Shown in pieces: positions 12,641 through 25,080 of a stretch of 64,000 nt of DNA. Under the pieces are notes generated by a model, which saw only the letters and a list, made by a program, of their open reading frames with translations, was not told the origin of the DNA and ran no database searches. The DNA lies in contig CM052817.1 of NCBI GenBank assembly GCA_028534125.1, forward strand, positions 10,604,001 to 10,668,000, given 5' to 3'. The DNA comes from Lama glama (taxonomy: Eukaryota). The first letter of the stretch is position 1; every line of letters starts with the position of its first letter. The position numbers and the translations under genes are program-made.

Positions 12641-14089
12641 GAGACTTAAGGACTTGGAGTACACAGCTCCAGTAATTTTTTTGAAATATGAATCCAAGAT
12701 GTGGCCATTAACTGAGTGAAGAGATAAGCCAGAAAAAGAAAAAAAAAAGTAGTGAAAATGATACCTCTGATACAGGAGCTAGGGTTCTCCAGATTAGTGA
12801 CGCAAAGTGTGAGGAGAGCTTGAAGACCCTGATCTTTCCTGAGACTTTCAATCCCCAAGGCAAGTATGGTCCCTTGGACATCTATTGGTTGTGTCCAGTC
12901 TGTGATCCATGTAGGTCTCTGGGTGACCACATGATATCCAAAACAAGGCCAGTGCAAGACCTTGAGGGTAATGCAATGTTATCCAATGCAAGACCTTGAG
13001 ATAAAGGAGAAAAGTGTTCCTTCCTAAAGGAGATGAGGATGGCACATGATTTAGCTCTAATTCTAGTCCAAAGGTGAGACGGAGGGACCACAACTCATCA
13101 CTGTAAGTGGGCTGGCCCCTCCTCATCCCCACGGCAGACGTCCCTGCCTGATCCGTTGTTGTCCCCTGGAATGTAAGTTCTTAGGGGCAGAGAACTTGTC
13201 TGTTTCTTCACTGGTGTTTGCCCAGTTCCTACAACATTAAGCACGTAATAGGTAAATGAATTGATCAGTATTCTTTTTTTTTTTTTTTTTCCAATTGAGC
13301 CCAGGGTTATGATGTTTCCAGCAGACAAACTGGGGGCTTCCTGAGATGAAGCTGATTGGCCTCTAGTGAAATAGAAAAACACCCTGAACCCAGCTCCACA
13401 GTTCTGGGCAATGGACGTCACCTTCTGCGATTTGGTTTTTCTCATATCCGCATCAGGGAGTTGTTACGAGAATTAAACTATATGTGGGATGATATACAGT
13501 CAAATTCTTTCCCACAGAGATTAATCCGTAGCAATTTTCTTTTCATTTTCTCTAGAAAGCCTTAATATAATTAAAACACCACAAATTTAGTTTATTTCTT
13601 AATCACCCGTGAAACTAATTTTAGGTATGTATGTGTATGAAGCACATATATATATTCACTATCTATAATTATTATGTGTATATAAACCATTAACATCTAT
13701 AAGACTGGCTCAGCTCTAATGCTCTACTTAATCAATTTATGGATTACGGATTAACTGAGAAATATGTAGATAGAAGACAGACAGATAAGTAGATAGGAGG
13801 AGCGAGCTAAACATTAAGACAAAAACAATAATCAGATCATAATTGAGCAGACTGATTTCACACCGCATTTATCACAAAACGAGAGTCATCGGAGCACATC
13901 TATTACCAATAGCTCAGTATTTGTAACCTTCTGGGATTAATTTCAGTGTAAACAAAAGCGTAAGTATAGAAATGAACCTCAGTTTCGGGGATCCTGGCCA
14001 TTTAAAACAAAGAGGTAAGTATTACATTTATTCGAAGCTGATCTACATTTCCTGCTTCCACAAATTTGTAAATGCTGAAATTCTGCCCC

Positions 14090-14460
14090 TAGAATATGAA
14101 TATGCACCAGCAAATGGATGGATGAAATTGTTATGCAAAAGACAGTGCCTCTCCCGTGCATAGCAATTCCCTTTGCCTCCCTCTGGTGAGCAGGGCTCCT
14201 CCTGCAGACGGTTCCACAGACAGACGGAGCTCTTCAACGAGCGTTTTCAACAACTGCTTAACCTGCACACCGTGGAAGGGGGAAAATCCTCCTTCTAAAC
14301 CCATGTATGATTTATTAACTTATTCACTTGACAGCAAACACTTGAGAAAATCTGCTGTTTTCAACAAGCGTAAACATTTTGGAAAGAGTAATGACAATAA
14401 GAAAAAAAAGAGGAAAAGGGGAAAAAGAATAGAAAAGGTATGCAAAATGCAAATGGAAAG
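14090..14460. promoter_or_regulatory. Candidate POU/SOX enhancer
   Basis: ATGAATATGCA at 14096-14106, Sox-Oct composite ATTGTTATGCAAA at 14127-14139 and octamer ATGCAAAT at 14447-14454, all in repeat-free sequence. Confidence 0.4.
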
Positions 14461-17280
14461 AACTTCAGGAGACTGACATTTGAACGGCAACAACTTGGCG
14501 GGTAATTCGAGATTGATTAAATACTGAACGAGGCTTGATGGGTGTAGTGGTTCAATCATGATCGTGATTCGGAGACGGGACCTAGAGGAAGATTCCCGGG
14601 AGAGCCCAAGAGGGCACAACCCACTTTCACAGAAAAGGCATTTGGAGAATTCTCATGTGATATTCATCTTTATATCCTGCCATACTTAAAAGAAGCGCTC
14701 ATAAAATAAAAACAGAGCCCCCACCGCCACCAGGAGACAGGAATCCAGATCAGGAGTGTGCTTTCTGGAATCTCCTGGTGAGCACAGAAGGCAGCTCTGC
14801 CCCGGGCAGCGCTACCCAGACAGCTGGCAGCCAGCCTGGGAATGAGGGACAATGTGCAGAGGCTGGGGGCGGGCTGGTGTTCTCAAAGGGAATTTGGAAT
14901 TATGAAAACTGTAAGAAAATAAGTACTAAGATGCATCTAAAAGATGCCTTCATTCTTTCCTCTTCAACATATTCAGAATTTTCTGACCCTACTTGGAAAG
15001 GAAAGCAAAAACAAAAAAACAAATGTGATGAGCACATTGAGTAAGAAAAGTCTACAGTCCTCCTACGCTTGGCAATAGGTATGTAGGCTTTGAATTTAGT
15101 TCCTAAGATTTGCTAAGCAGATTAATGTGTAAGAGTCTTCATTTTTGAAAATGGAAAAAAAAAGTAATCTGGAATGTGAATAGATTGTGAAAGTTCTCAT
15201 GTCTGCATACAGTTCAATGTTCATGTTTTGCCTGAACTGCAAAATCAACAACATTATCTTGTTTTTCTTTTTCTAAGATGTTGCACATATGTCCACACTT
15301 TGATAACTGGAGAGGGAGGGAGCAGGAATCTGAGCAAAAATCACAAAGACTCACAGAAAAGCTCAGGGTTGTCGGCACCTAGGACGTCACCCAGGATGTC
15401 ACCCTGCCCACGTGACATGCCCTGGTTAGTCCAAACCTGAAGACTCTTTAGCGATTTTCCATTCTCTTGGGTCCTAACAGACACATTCCTCCCATCATGG
15501 CAGACAGGCATACTTGGTTTTCTCTCCTTTCCTCTAACTTCCAGTCTCTTCCTGGAATCTTTCTCCTGCTCATCCCCTACTTCTGCCAAACCATTTCCTT
15601 TTCTTCCCTTCCCAATGTGTAATTTTCTCTTCTGTTTCTAAATGTTTCCATCTCTCTCTCTGCTCCCAATACGTCCCTTCTAGGAAGCCTCCCCTCAGTT
15701 CTTATAGACACTCTTTATACCATCTGCTTGTAGGATGTCAGGGACAAGCCATCATCTTCAGACAAAATCATACTCAAACTTCTAATCAAACATTTAAGAC
15801 CTGCCTCCACCTGGCATCTGTCAGGATCCGTGCATCAATACTTCCTTCCCTGGATTCCTTTCCTGAAGCCAAGCTAATGGACTCACTGTTTTTTCTCTGC
15901 CCCTGGACTTGTCTGCCTTTAGGATTTGGCTCATAGTTTTCCTTTAGTCTTAGATACATTTATCTCCATCTTTTTGAGTGAACCTTTCTGGATCCCTCTG
16001 GGTAGGCGAAGTCTAGACTTCCAGCCCTTAATCAGTAAACTCCCTCTTGGATGTACACTCGTGTGCTGGTGTTAGAGGTGCATGATCTATGGGCATGAGT
16101 TCATCAGGGGAGGATTACGACGTTTAAGGGCAGAACCCCTTGAAAGTTTTTCTTACGTCTCTCAGAGTTTGGATGGATACCGAGATATTGATAGATATCG
16201 AGAGACGGCATAATGATAGTAGAAAGAAACTTCCATTTTAGAATTGTGGCAGGGCCACATGCATTCTTTAAAACTGCCATCTGGAAGACAGAGAAGGAAC
16301 AGAAAAGGTGAGTCTTCAGGGGTCAAAGGAAATGGAAGAAGTGAAATGGATGCAATGATTCAATACATTTTTGGAAGATGGAAGTTCAATAGAGATGCAG
16401 GAACATCTTCACTGAAAGTGGAGACACCTGGAAGATGGCAGCCTGCAAAGAGGGGCACCTAAGAGGAGCGAGCCAGTTCATCCTGTAGAACCCAGAAAGG
16501 CTCAGAGGTCGGACGTGTGCCTGGAGAAGGTGAGTGAAACACACGGTTGTAAGTACAGGTTCTGTTTCCTGATCCGGCCCCCTGCCCCACCCTCCTCCCT
16601 CCCCAGACCTGCTAACTGCCTCCTAACAACAGCAGGTCTCACATACCCTAAGCAGGGAGTTGGAAAGTTCTTGCCTGGAGAAATATAAAGGGTCCAGAAA
16701 ACAAACTCCAGAAACTCATATGGGTCACTCCAGTGAAAACGCCAGCTGGTACCCAGTCCCCTAGTAGTGAGACCCACCAGGCACAAAGCTGTGCCTGCGC
16801 TCAGAGCTTGTAATTAGCTTTTCTACAGCACATGACTAACATCAAAAGGTGGCCAAGGATTTCACAGATTTAAGCAAAGTTTCCAACACAGAATGGGAAA
16901 ATGAGCCCCCCACAAAAGTGAGGGGAAAACCCAAAGGAAAGAGACAATGCAGGAAGCAGAAGAAAACTTTTTTGAAAGTACCATTTAATTTTAAATCCAT
17001 GTGTCTATGGGCCGCTTTAATAAAATATATGTCAAGATAAACGTAGAGCACGTTCTTGAGAGTATAACAGATTTGGGTTTGAGATGTGATGCCCATGCTT
17101 AAAATCTGTTTGGTATTAAAAAGGAATTGAGTCTCTCTGACCTGAGTTTTTGCATCTATGAAATTACTGTGGTAATATACTAACTCATGGGGTAGTTTTG
17201 AGGATTAAAAGGAGCAATATAACGTAGTGTGTATACTCCGTGCTAAATAAATGGTAGGCATCTAGAGAAGTTTTTATTTT

Positions 17281-17465
17281 CAGTACTTCTCATCGTTTTT
17301 GGAGTGGTAAACCCCTCAGAGAACTTGATAAAAGCTCTGTATCCTCTCAGTAGAAAAACAAATACATGTATCTACACAGACAAGAGTCTACACATAATTT
17401 CAAAGGAATCTCAGACTTTATAAAGCCTCAAAAAACTCCCCTCATCCCCAGGTTAAATAACAGAT
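17281..17465 (+). mobile_element. MER103C-like hAT-Charlie element
   Basis: acccctcagagaacttgataaaagctctgtatcctctcagtagaaaaa...ccccaggttaaataac. Confidence 0.7.
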
Positions 17466-18059
17466 CTAAATGAAGAAGTCCTTAAGGGCAAGGATGCTCC
17501 TTTTCATTTCTTTTAAATCAACTTCGATGCTCAGCAAAGGAGGCAACTCAGTGAATGGGGTAAGAACTGTATCTAATTTTGCCTACGCCAAATGGAAATG
17601 ATTCTGCATGAAGAACGGAAGAGTCCACTGACCCGAAGAGGCATCTTCCCACTTGGTCCATGAGAGGAAGATGGCTGATCCGGTTAGCCTGTGCTGACCT
17701 CCGGCCTGGTGATACTTGATGCTTACCATTTTTAGCCCCTAGACTAGGGGCTCCTAACGGTTCTGGCAGAGATAGATCCTAAAAGACCTTGTTTTCTCCT
17801 GCAAAAGGACCTGTGGCTCTCCACCATGTTGAGCAGTCTTTTCTCAGTGGACTGACCGCCTCCAAGGAATCTATTACTGAGCAGTCAAGCAGTCGTTAAG
17901 CATTAATGCAATGCGGTTGAATCAAAAGGCAGAACTTGTAGGCAGACTGACCTGGTTTTGGATCCTGGCTCCATTACTTCTAACCTGCATGACTTTGAGC
18001 AGCTTAGCCTCTCTGAGCTTTTTTTCTATTTTGAGTGCACAAACCATAAGGAAAGACTG

Positions 18060-18400
18060 CACCTTCCTCTGGTGTAGAAAGAGCAGGGAGGAGGCTGGTG
18101 TGGCTGGCATACAGTGAGAGGGAGGGAAATAGAGTCAGAGAAAGAGGGGAGCCAGGTCATACAGACCTCAGAGCACAGTGAAGATTTGTGATTTTTCTTC
18201 TCAGTACTATAAGTAGCCACTGGAAGTTACTGAAGAGAAAAGAGACATGATCTGACCTACATTTTCACAAGCTCACTCTGGCTATTGCGTGGGGAAATTA
18301 GTGGAAGCAGAAGTGGAAGCCCCACTAGTGGCTGCTCCAAGAATCCTGGGACAGTGATGGTGATGGTGATAAAGTCAGATTCAGGACGGTGCATTCCTGA
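18060..18400 (-). mobile_element. L2 LINE fragment
   Basis: ggaggctggtgtggctgg...agccactggaag...gacatgatctgacctacatttt..ctcactctggct. Confidence 0.8.
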
Positions 18401-18489
18401 GGTTCTAAGATGAAAGAAACAACTGAGGAATCCAAGTAGCTGAGGACAACTTTATGAAAGAATGTGGTTTATGCTATAAAGAATGTGAC

Positions 18490-18940
18490 AGAGCAAAGGT
18501 GCTAATTGTTGCTTCTTTCTTAGTAACTGGACCCCTGATTTTAAGTAAACACATGACTGCTTGGAGAAAAAAATTTTTCTGTATGATCTAGTCTCATCTG
18601 CAACTTAGTGTGACCATGTAGCCAATGGGATGTCAGTTAAGTTACCATGCACACTACTAGGAGATGGCATTGAAGGAAGGGGGCACGCCTTCCCTCTCGC
18701 CTTCCTTTCTGCACGCTCCTACAGGCAGGACCAAAGCTGCCATCTTGGATGGAGTGGGCCCACATGTTGAGGCTGCCAGCACTCGGGAAGAAGCCTTTGT
18801 CCTCACTGGTCCTGCTGCATCTAAACCAGCCCTGGATTGCCTCCATTCGTGTGAACAATAACTAGACTTCCAACTTGTTTAAAGCACTATGATTTGGGGT
18901 ATTATTCTGTCACTCACAGTTGACCTAATCCTAACTGATC
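18490..18940 (+). mobile_element. MaLR (MLT1-type) solo LTR
   Basis: gtgaccatgtagccaatgggatgt...gctgccatcttgga...ttgtttaaagcact...cctaatcctaactgat. Confidence 0.7.
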
Positions 18941-20142
18941 AAAGGAGAATAAAGATAACGACAGCTATTAATACTTTATTAAATGCTTGCTATGTTCCAG
19001 GTAAGGTGGAAATTCTTCATGACCCCAAGACAGAGGTATCACTATTACAACCATTTTACAGAAAGAAAGCTGGTACAGTGAGAGGTTGAATAACTTGTGT
19101 GAGATCACTCATAATTAGGAGAGCCAGGGTAGCTGGAATTTGACTAATAGGGGAAAAGGGGGAGGATAGTACTGATGAAATTATAGGGAAAAAGAATATC
19201 TTAGTTATTCTTATCCGACAGCATTGCATTCTGACATCTTATATTGACATGAAATGTAAAGGAACTCAGGTTGCATTCCTTTAACTAGACTAAAAACTAG
19301 TTCTTAAGCTATAACATTCTTTAAAGAAAATGTTTATTATTTGGGGTTTTTGCTAAGCATGTCGACACTAACCCTACTTTTACTGTGTAACCTCAAAACT
19401 CATAGTGAAACAAGAGCATATACCCAATATCTTGAAATTGATTAAAATAGAAATAAGTAGCTGGTTTTTAATTTTTGAGCAGTATTTTTAACAATCTACC
19501 TATCATGCTCTCAGAAAAGTTATTGCCCAGATTGAGATTTTTTTTTTTCAGTAAACCGGAGTATCTATTTTTTCAAAATTACTTTAAAAAGTTGTTTATA
19601 GAGATGTGAATTTACATAACTTGGTGATAATATTTTTTAAGTGTACAGGCTATTTCATATTATTGCACTTACTCTTCAATACTATACAAGACATTTTATT
19701 TTATGTTAAGTAATGGATAATGTATAATATCATACAACAGGTGTGGTGCCAAATGAGTTGCATGTGGGAGGACAGAAATGAAACCCAGCCTACTTCAATC
19801 TTCATGGTATATCCATGGGGGACCTCTGTAAGTGCCACCAGCAGTGCTGACAAAAAGGGACATAAATGACATAGGAGTTGGGTGGGAGTGAAGTTGAGAA
19901 CTGCTCACATCCCAAGAAAGCAAAATTGCAAGACCGTTGAAGGAATTCAGAAAAATCCTGTACGTTGAGGAGGTGAGGAAAACTTATCTACTGAGCAACT
20001 GCACAACTTGATTTGAATATTCCTGTTTTCCTGATAAGAAAACTGAAAAGGTGATAAAAGACCAGATCAGATAAACCCCAAATGGTTTATACATCCCACA
20101 TTGGGATTTATAAATAAATCTTGCTTGAATGAGTAAACTTTG

Positions 20143-20385
20143 CAAGAGGTCACCAACCTAAGTGTTTAGCCTGTAATGTATTCTGGGAAAAAGTCAATGA
20201 AATGGCAAACTTTCACAACCAAGATTTCCAGATTCTCTTGAAAAATCAGATTTGGCACAACTGGGCCATCAAGCCGACATGACATGGTTTAATCAGAGAA
20301 GAGCAGGGGTTGCTCCCTTTACACAGGGCATATGATCTGCAGTTGGTAACAGAATTCCATCAGCCCACTGTTGTCTTAACCCCTA
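20143..20385 (+). mobile_element. MER102-like hAT element
   Basis: gatttccagattctcttgaaaaatcagatttggcacaactgggcc...cccactgttgtctta. Confidence 0.65.
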
Positions 20386-20719
20386 CAGGCACCAGCTTTA
20401 GAAGGTAGGATCCCTGAGGGAAGGAAAGGTCTGTCTTGTCTACTAGCCTATTCCCAACATCTACATGGTGAGTGGCACCTGGGATCATTGATTGAAGGAA
20501 TAAACGAATATACCCTCCCTGTATTTCAGAAAAGGAAGCTGAAATTCAGAGTGGCTAAGTAACTCCCAAAACCACAGAGATGGTACACAGGGAAGATGAA
20601 TTTAAACCTTCACTCCAGTGGCTTGGTTCCCATACCACCAAAGCAATGAAGGAAGAGTTCATTTCAGGCATCGCCTACATTCAAGAACGTGGGCCCTGAT
20701 TTTTCACAATCAAGCTCAC

Positions 20720-21380
20720 ATTTATATACCATGAAATATGTAGATCTCAAGTTCACAATCTGAGATATAAAATTATTGATACCTATGTAACCACCATCCT
20801 TATCAAAATGTGGACCCTTATATCGCCCTAGAAAATTTCCTTAGATTCCTTATCAGCCAATCCTACTCCCACCCCAAAAGTAGCCAGTGTTCTGGTCAAT
20901 TTCCATAGATAGGCTCCTGTATTCTTAAAGTTCATATAAATGGGATTATCACTATATACGGTTTTGTTCTGGCTTCTTTCACGTAACATAACATTTTAAG
21001 ATTCTTTAATGCTGTTACACATATCATGGTTCATTCTTTTTTATTGCTGAGTAGTGTTCCATTATATGGACAAACCCAAATTGTTCAACCCTCTTCCTGC
21101 CATGCTTTCTGGCCATTATTTTTTTCTAAAACTGCTATAAACATCTGTGCACAAGTCCTTCTGTGGATATAAGTTTTTATTTCTCTTGGGTAAATACCTA
21201 AGAATCAAATTGCCAGATCACAGGGGTTGGTGTAAGTTTCACTTTATAAGGAGCTGCCGAAGAGTTTTCCAAAGTGGTTGTACCATTTTATACTCCCATC
21301 ATCAATATATGAGAGTTCTAATTACTCTGCATTCTCAACAACATTTGATTCTGTCAGTCTCCATCATTTCAGCTGTCTGT
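20720..21380 (-). mobile_element. Old L1M (L1MC/ME-type) 3' region
   Basis: ttcattctttttattgctgagtagtgttccatt...tctcttgggtaaatacctaaga...ttttccaaagtggttgtaccattttatactccc. Confidence 0.9.
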
Positions 21381-21490
21381 GTAAGTTTGTTTCTAGGTGA
21401 CTCAAAGATACACCCATTTTTCCGAGGTAGGATTCTCCTCACAGCTACAGGTATTGGTCCTCCTCAACTTCATGCTTAAATTAGCTGTGC

Positions 21491-21690
21491 ATAGTGATGT
21501 GGGGGTAATATTTAACAACCAAAACTTCGGGATGGTGGGGTAGAGGGCCCTGACTTGTAGTATTTGCCAATTTCTGTGGTGTAAATATTCCCACTAAGGA
21601 TGATTTGAACTAACAACACTGAACACAGAAAAGGAAGAAATGTGTACAGTAGGCTCTTGTGAGTCTGTTCCAATGCATCACAGTGAGATC
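21491..21690 (-). mobile_element. MER63A-like hAT-Blackjack element
   Basis: tttaacaacc...gccctgacttgtagtatttgccaatttctgtggtgtaaatattcccac. Confidence 0.75.
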
Positions 21691-22810
21691 CAGTCAATAG
21701 AAAAGAACCTGTGTTTTGCAATGACAGTGACTATATGAATCATTGTGCCCATGGTGGGAACCAAGGTCATTAACAAAGAGAGCAATGGATTCTCTTTCTG
21801 CTATTGGTCTTGCTCTCAACATCTGAAGAAATTCAAATTATTGTGTTTATGGGACTCAAATCAAAAACTCATCTGAACTTATTAAAAAGCTTGCCTGGGA
21901 GGATGAACTTGTACAGGAGGGGGGCCACCAGTTCTGAGCATGGCTGAGTTTGAAATCACATGCATGCATTAGTTACTCCCAGGTCCCCAGGCTGTCCACA
22001 GGTCCCTGTTTCCCAACTTGGCAAATTTACCTCCTCTGCCTGGACATGAAGACCCCCCCCAAACTTGAGCTCTGTTTTACCTACCTACTGTTACTTTCTG
22101 TTGCTCACTTCTAGAAACGGGCAGTTCTCATCACTCACACAGAGGCCAAAGTCATCCCTGCCATCAGAGCTCCTCCCCCTCCAAGCATGGCTCTCCTTGC
22201 CTACAATACCCTCTCCTTTCTCCTCTGTCATTTCCCACTCAAACCATCCATACCTCCCATTTACTGTGTTCCATCTAAGTACCAATCCCGTGCTCAGAAT
22301 TTTACATAAATGGGCTCATTTAATCCTTAGAACAGAGTTTTGTGCAAAAGATGACCAAGGCTGCTAAAATTTAAATAATCATACACTAGACATGGGATTA
22401 TCAGATTCTGAACTTAGCTCATCACCAAAGTTTGATGCTTTCTATTTTCTAGGAAGGTCCCAATTAAAATCTCTATAACTCACTGTAGACATTCCTGAAT
22501 TATTAGCCCTTACGGTTGATCAACCTTTTACACACATTAAGCTGCTAAACAACCATTACCTGCCTGACACATACCATCTTTTGTTTCTGAAATCATTGCT
22601 AGTCCAGGCCTGTGTCAATCCTAGTTCTGTGGAATTATTCAATTCAGTGTTAAAATCTGGCCATTTAAATTCTGCATGAATTTAGGTAATGTAACTAACC
22701 TCAGAAAATTTGGAATCATAATATCTACCTCCAAGAAATATCAGACAGGTTTAATAAATAGCATATGTGAAGCATCAAGCCCCATACTGAGCACACAGGA
22801 GGTCAGGGCC

Positions 22811-23275
22811 TGTGGTTGGTTGGTAAGTGATGGCCCCCAATGAATAACGCTTCCTGGATCCATGTCTTGCATAGTCTCCTCCCATGTTGAACCCAGGCTT
22901 GACTCCATGGCATGCTTTGGTCCATAGAACATTAGTAAACAGGATGAGAGTACAGACTGGACAATCAATTGGACACTGAGATTGCTTTCTTGGAATGCTG
23001 CCTCCCTATGAAAAAGCACGGGTTAGCCAGCTGAAAGCATGTGGCCCTGCCAACACACAATACCAACTGCCAGATGTGTACATGAGGCCACCTGCGACCA
23101 TCTAGCCCCAGAGGAGTTGCCAGAAGACTGCAGTCACATCAGTAATCCCAGGAGAGAACAGCAAAAGGACCACCCAGCTCTGTGCAATCCAAGTCATCAA
23201 GGCACAGGATTCTGAACAAATAAAATGGTGGTTGTTTCAAGCCACTAAGCTTTGGAATGATGTGTTAGGCAGGAA
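22811..23275 (+). mobile_element. MaLR solo LTR (MLT1F/H-like)
   Basis: Starts tgtgg..gatggcccccaatga and ends aaataaaatggtggttgtttcaagccactaagctttgg..tgttaggcag. Confidence 0.8.
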
Positions 23276-24877
23276 TGAGTCCTTCACATTCAAACCTCCC
23301 AGCACATAGCAATCTAGCTCATACATGGAAGGCATGTGATGCACATTCAGTGAATTCTATAAAGCAGAAGACTTGTGCATGGGACTGAGCAATCTCTCAA
23401 GGCAGAGATGAGGCTTTATGCTTGGACACAGAGAAGATACAAAATAAGACTTTGTGCAGTAAAGGAAGCTTGAGTCTATTTGCATTTAAGGAAAATCAAA
23501 GCCTTGTTTATAGGAATAGTTCAGATTTCTAGACACCTTCTTGAGTCTCTCACACAACATGGACTTTTTCTGACATAGAAATACAGGAATTAAACTTTTC
23601 ATTGAAAGGCACATTCCAGCTCCTGTGCTGGAAAAGGGTGACCTCTTCCCTAACGAGGGGGAATTAGGAATGGAAATCAGCAAGCAACAGAGAATCAGAT
23701 TAAGCTGCCTTTCCTTCACCCAGGCCCCTGCCTTGAATCCCTTGGCCTATAACCACAGCCTTGAATCCCTTGGTCTGTGACCACAGCTGTATTGACATTT
23801 CTGCGACTCCACATCTGGAAAAGCAACTTCTAAACTTGATTTCACAAGCACTTCTGTGGTTCCCTTTTGGCCTATAAAGACACAAGAGACCCGTCTGTGA
23901 AACCTACAGCTCTGAGCTCTAAGCTCTGCACCATGATTTAGGAAGCACTGTTGGGATGTTAGCGCGCTTCTGGACAAGGATTTATAGGACACCCAGAGCG
24001 GACTGTCACACTGAGGTCACCAACTCGCCTCAACCCTTCCCCTGCCTGGCAAAGCTAGTGACTTCCAGTGTTGAGGACAGTCATCTGTTTGCTATTAATG
24101 CCAAGAAATGATTCAGTCGTCCATGCACAGAGTGAAGAGGAAAAAGCAAAAATGTAGTTCGTGCATTTTGGAAGAACTTACCCTAAATGTCTGACAGACA
24201 TGGCCATATCGGTGACTCAGTCCCAGAAGGCTCCATTTGCCTTTGTGTTTTGAGCCTCCTGGCCTGGGATCAGTGAGGAGTTGGAATTGCACTGTGTCAG
24301 TGAGAAAGACCCACAAGACCGTAGAGGAGCTTTCCCAAGTGCGTCCTACAGGCAGGGCTCAAAAACACTGGACTAACAAGGGGTGTGGCAAGATGGAGAG
24401 GAGAACCACAAGTTTTTCTGAGCTTCTTCTGTTCCAGACACTTGATAGACATGCTTATATGGAACCTAACTACACCTTCACATGTTGGGAATGATCTTCA
24501 TCACATATGAAAAGAAAGTAAGGCTGAGAAGATTAAGTGATTTTCCCTTTGAAATGAATCCAGCCTACGTTCTTTATAAGAAACTTTGAACTGAAAAATA
24601 TACTATTTTTGATAGTTAACTATGCTCCAGACGCTGTACTGTGAATTTTACATCCACTTTCTTAAACTATGAAGAAAATACCACCCTTGATTTGTAGATG
24701 AGGAAAACTCTCTGTCTGAATCCAGCTCTATATGAACAGGTCCATTAATAGTAGATACACACACATACACACACTTTTGAAAGTGGCCAACCTTTGCGTG
24801 GAGCTCACTAACTCTTTGGGTTGGAAGGGACTTCAATGGTCTTCCAATTCCTGGTGTATTAAATACTTTCTGTTTCT

Positions 24878-25080
24878 TTCTTTTTTTTTTTAATTGAAGT
24901 ATAGTCAACGTACAATGTTGTGTCAATTTCTTATGTACAGCATAATGTTTCAGTCATACATATATTCGTTTTCATATTCTTTTTCATTATAGGTTACTAC
25001 AAGATAGTGAATATAGTTTCCTGTGCTATATAGTAGGACCTTGTTGTTTATTTTATATACAGTAGTAGTGTATTTGCAAT
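24878..25080 (-). mobile_element. Young L1 3' end
   Basis: Poly-T followed by aattgaagtatagtcaacgtacaatgttgtgtcaatttc. ttctgtttct is repeated on both flanks (24868-24877 and 25086-25095). Confidence 0.9.

Noticed and set aside
16240..17050. Plus-strand donors AAG|gtgagt near 16309 and 16530
   Set aside because: The surrounding sequence resembles an old L1 5' region (low-confidence recall), and there is no consistent exon chain.
19150..20130. Possible Tigger-type DNA transposon remnant
   Set aside because: It is too degenerate to name or delimit without an alignment.
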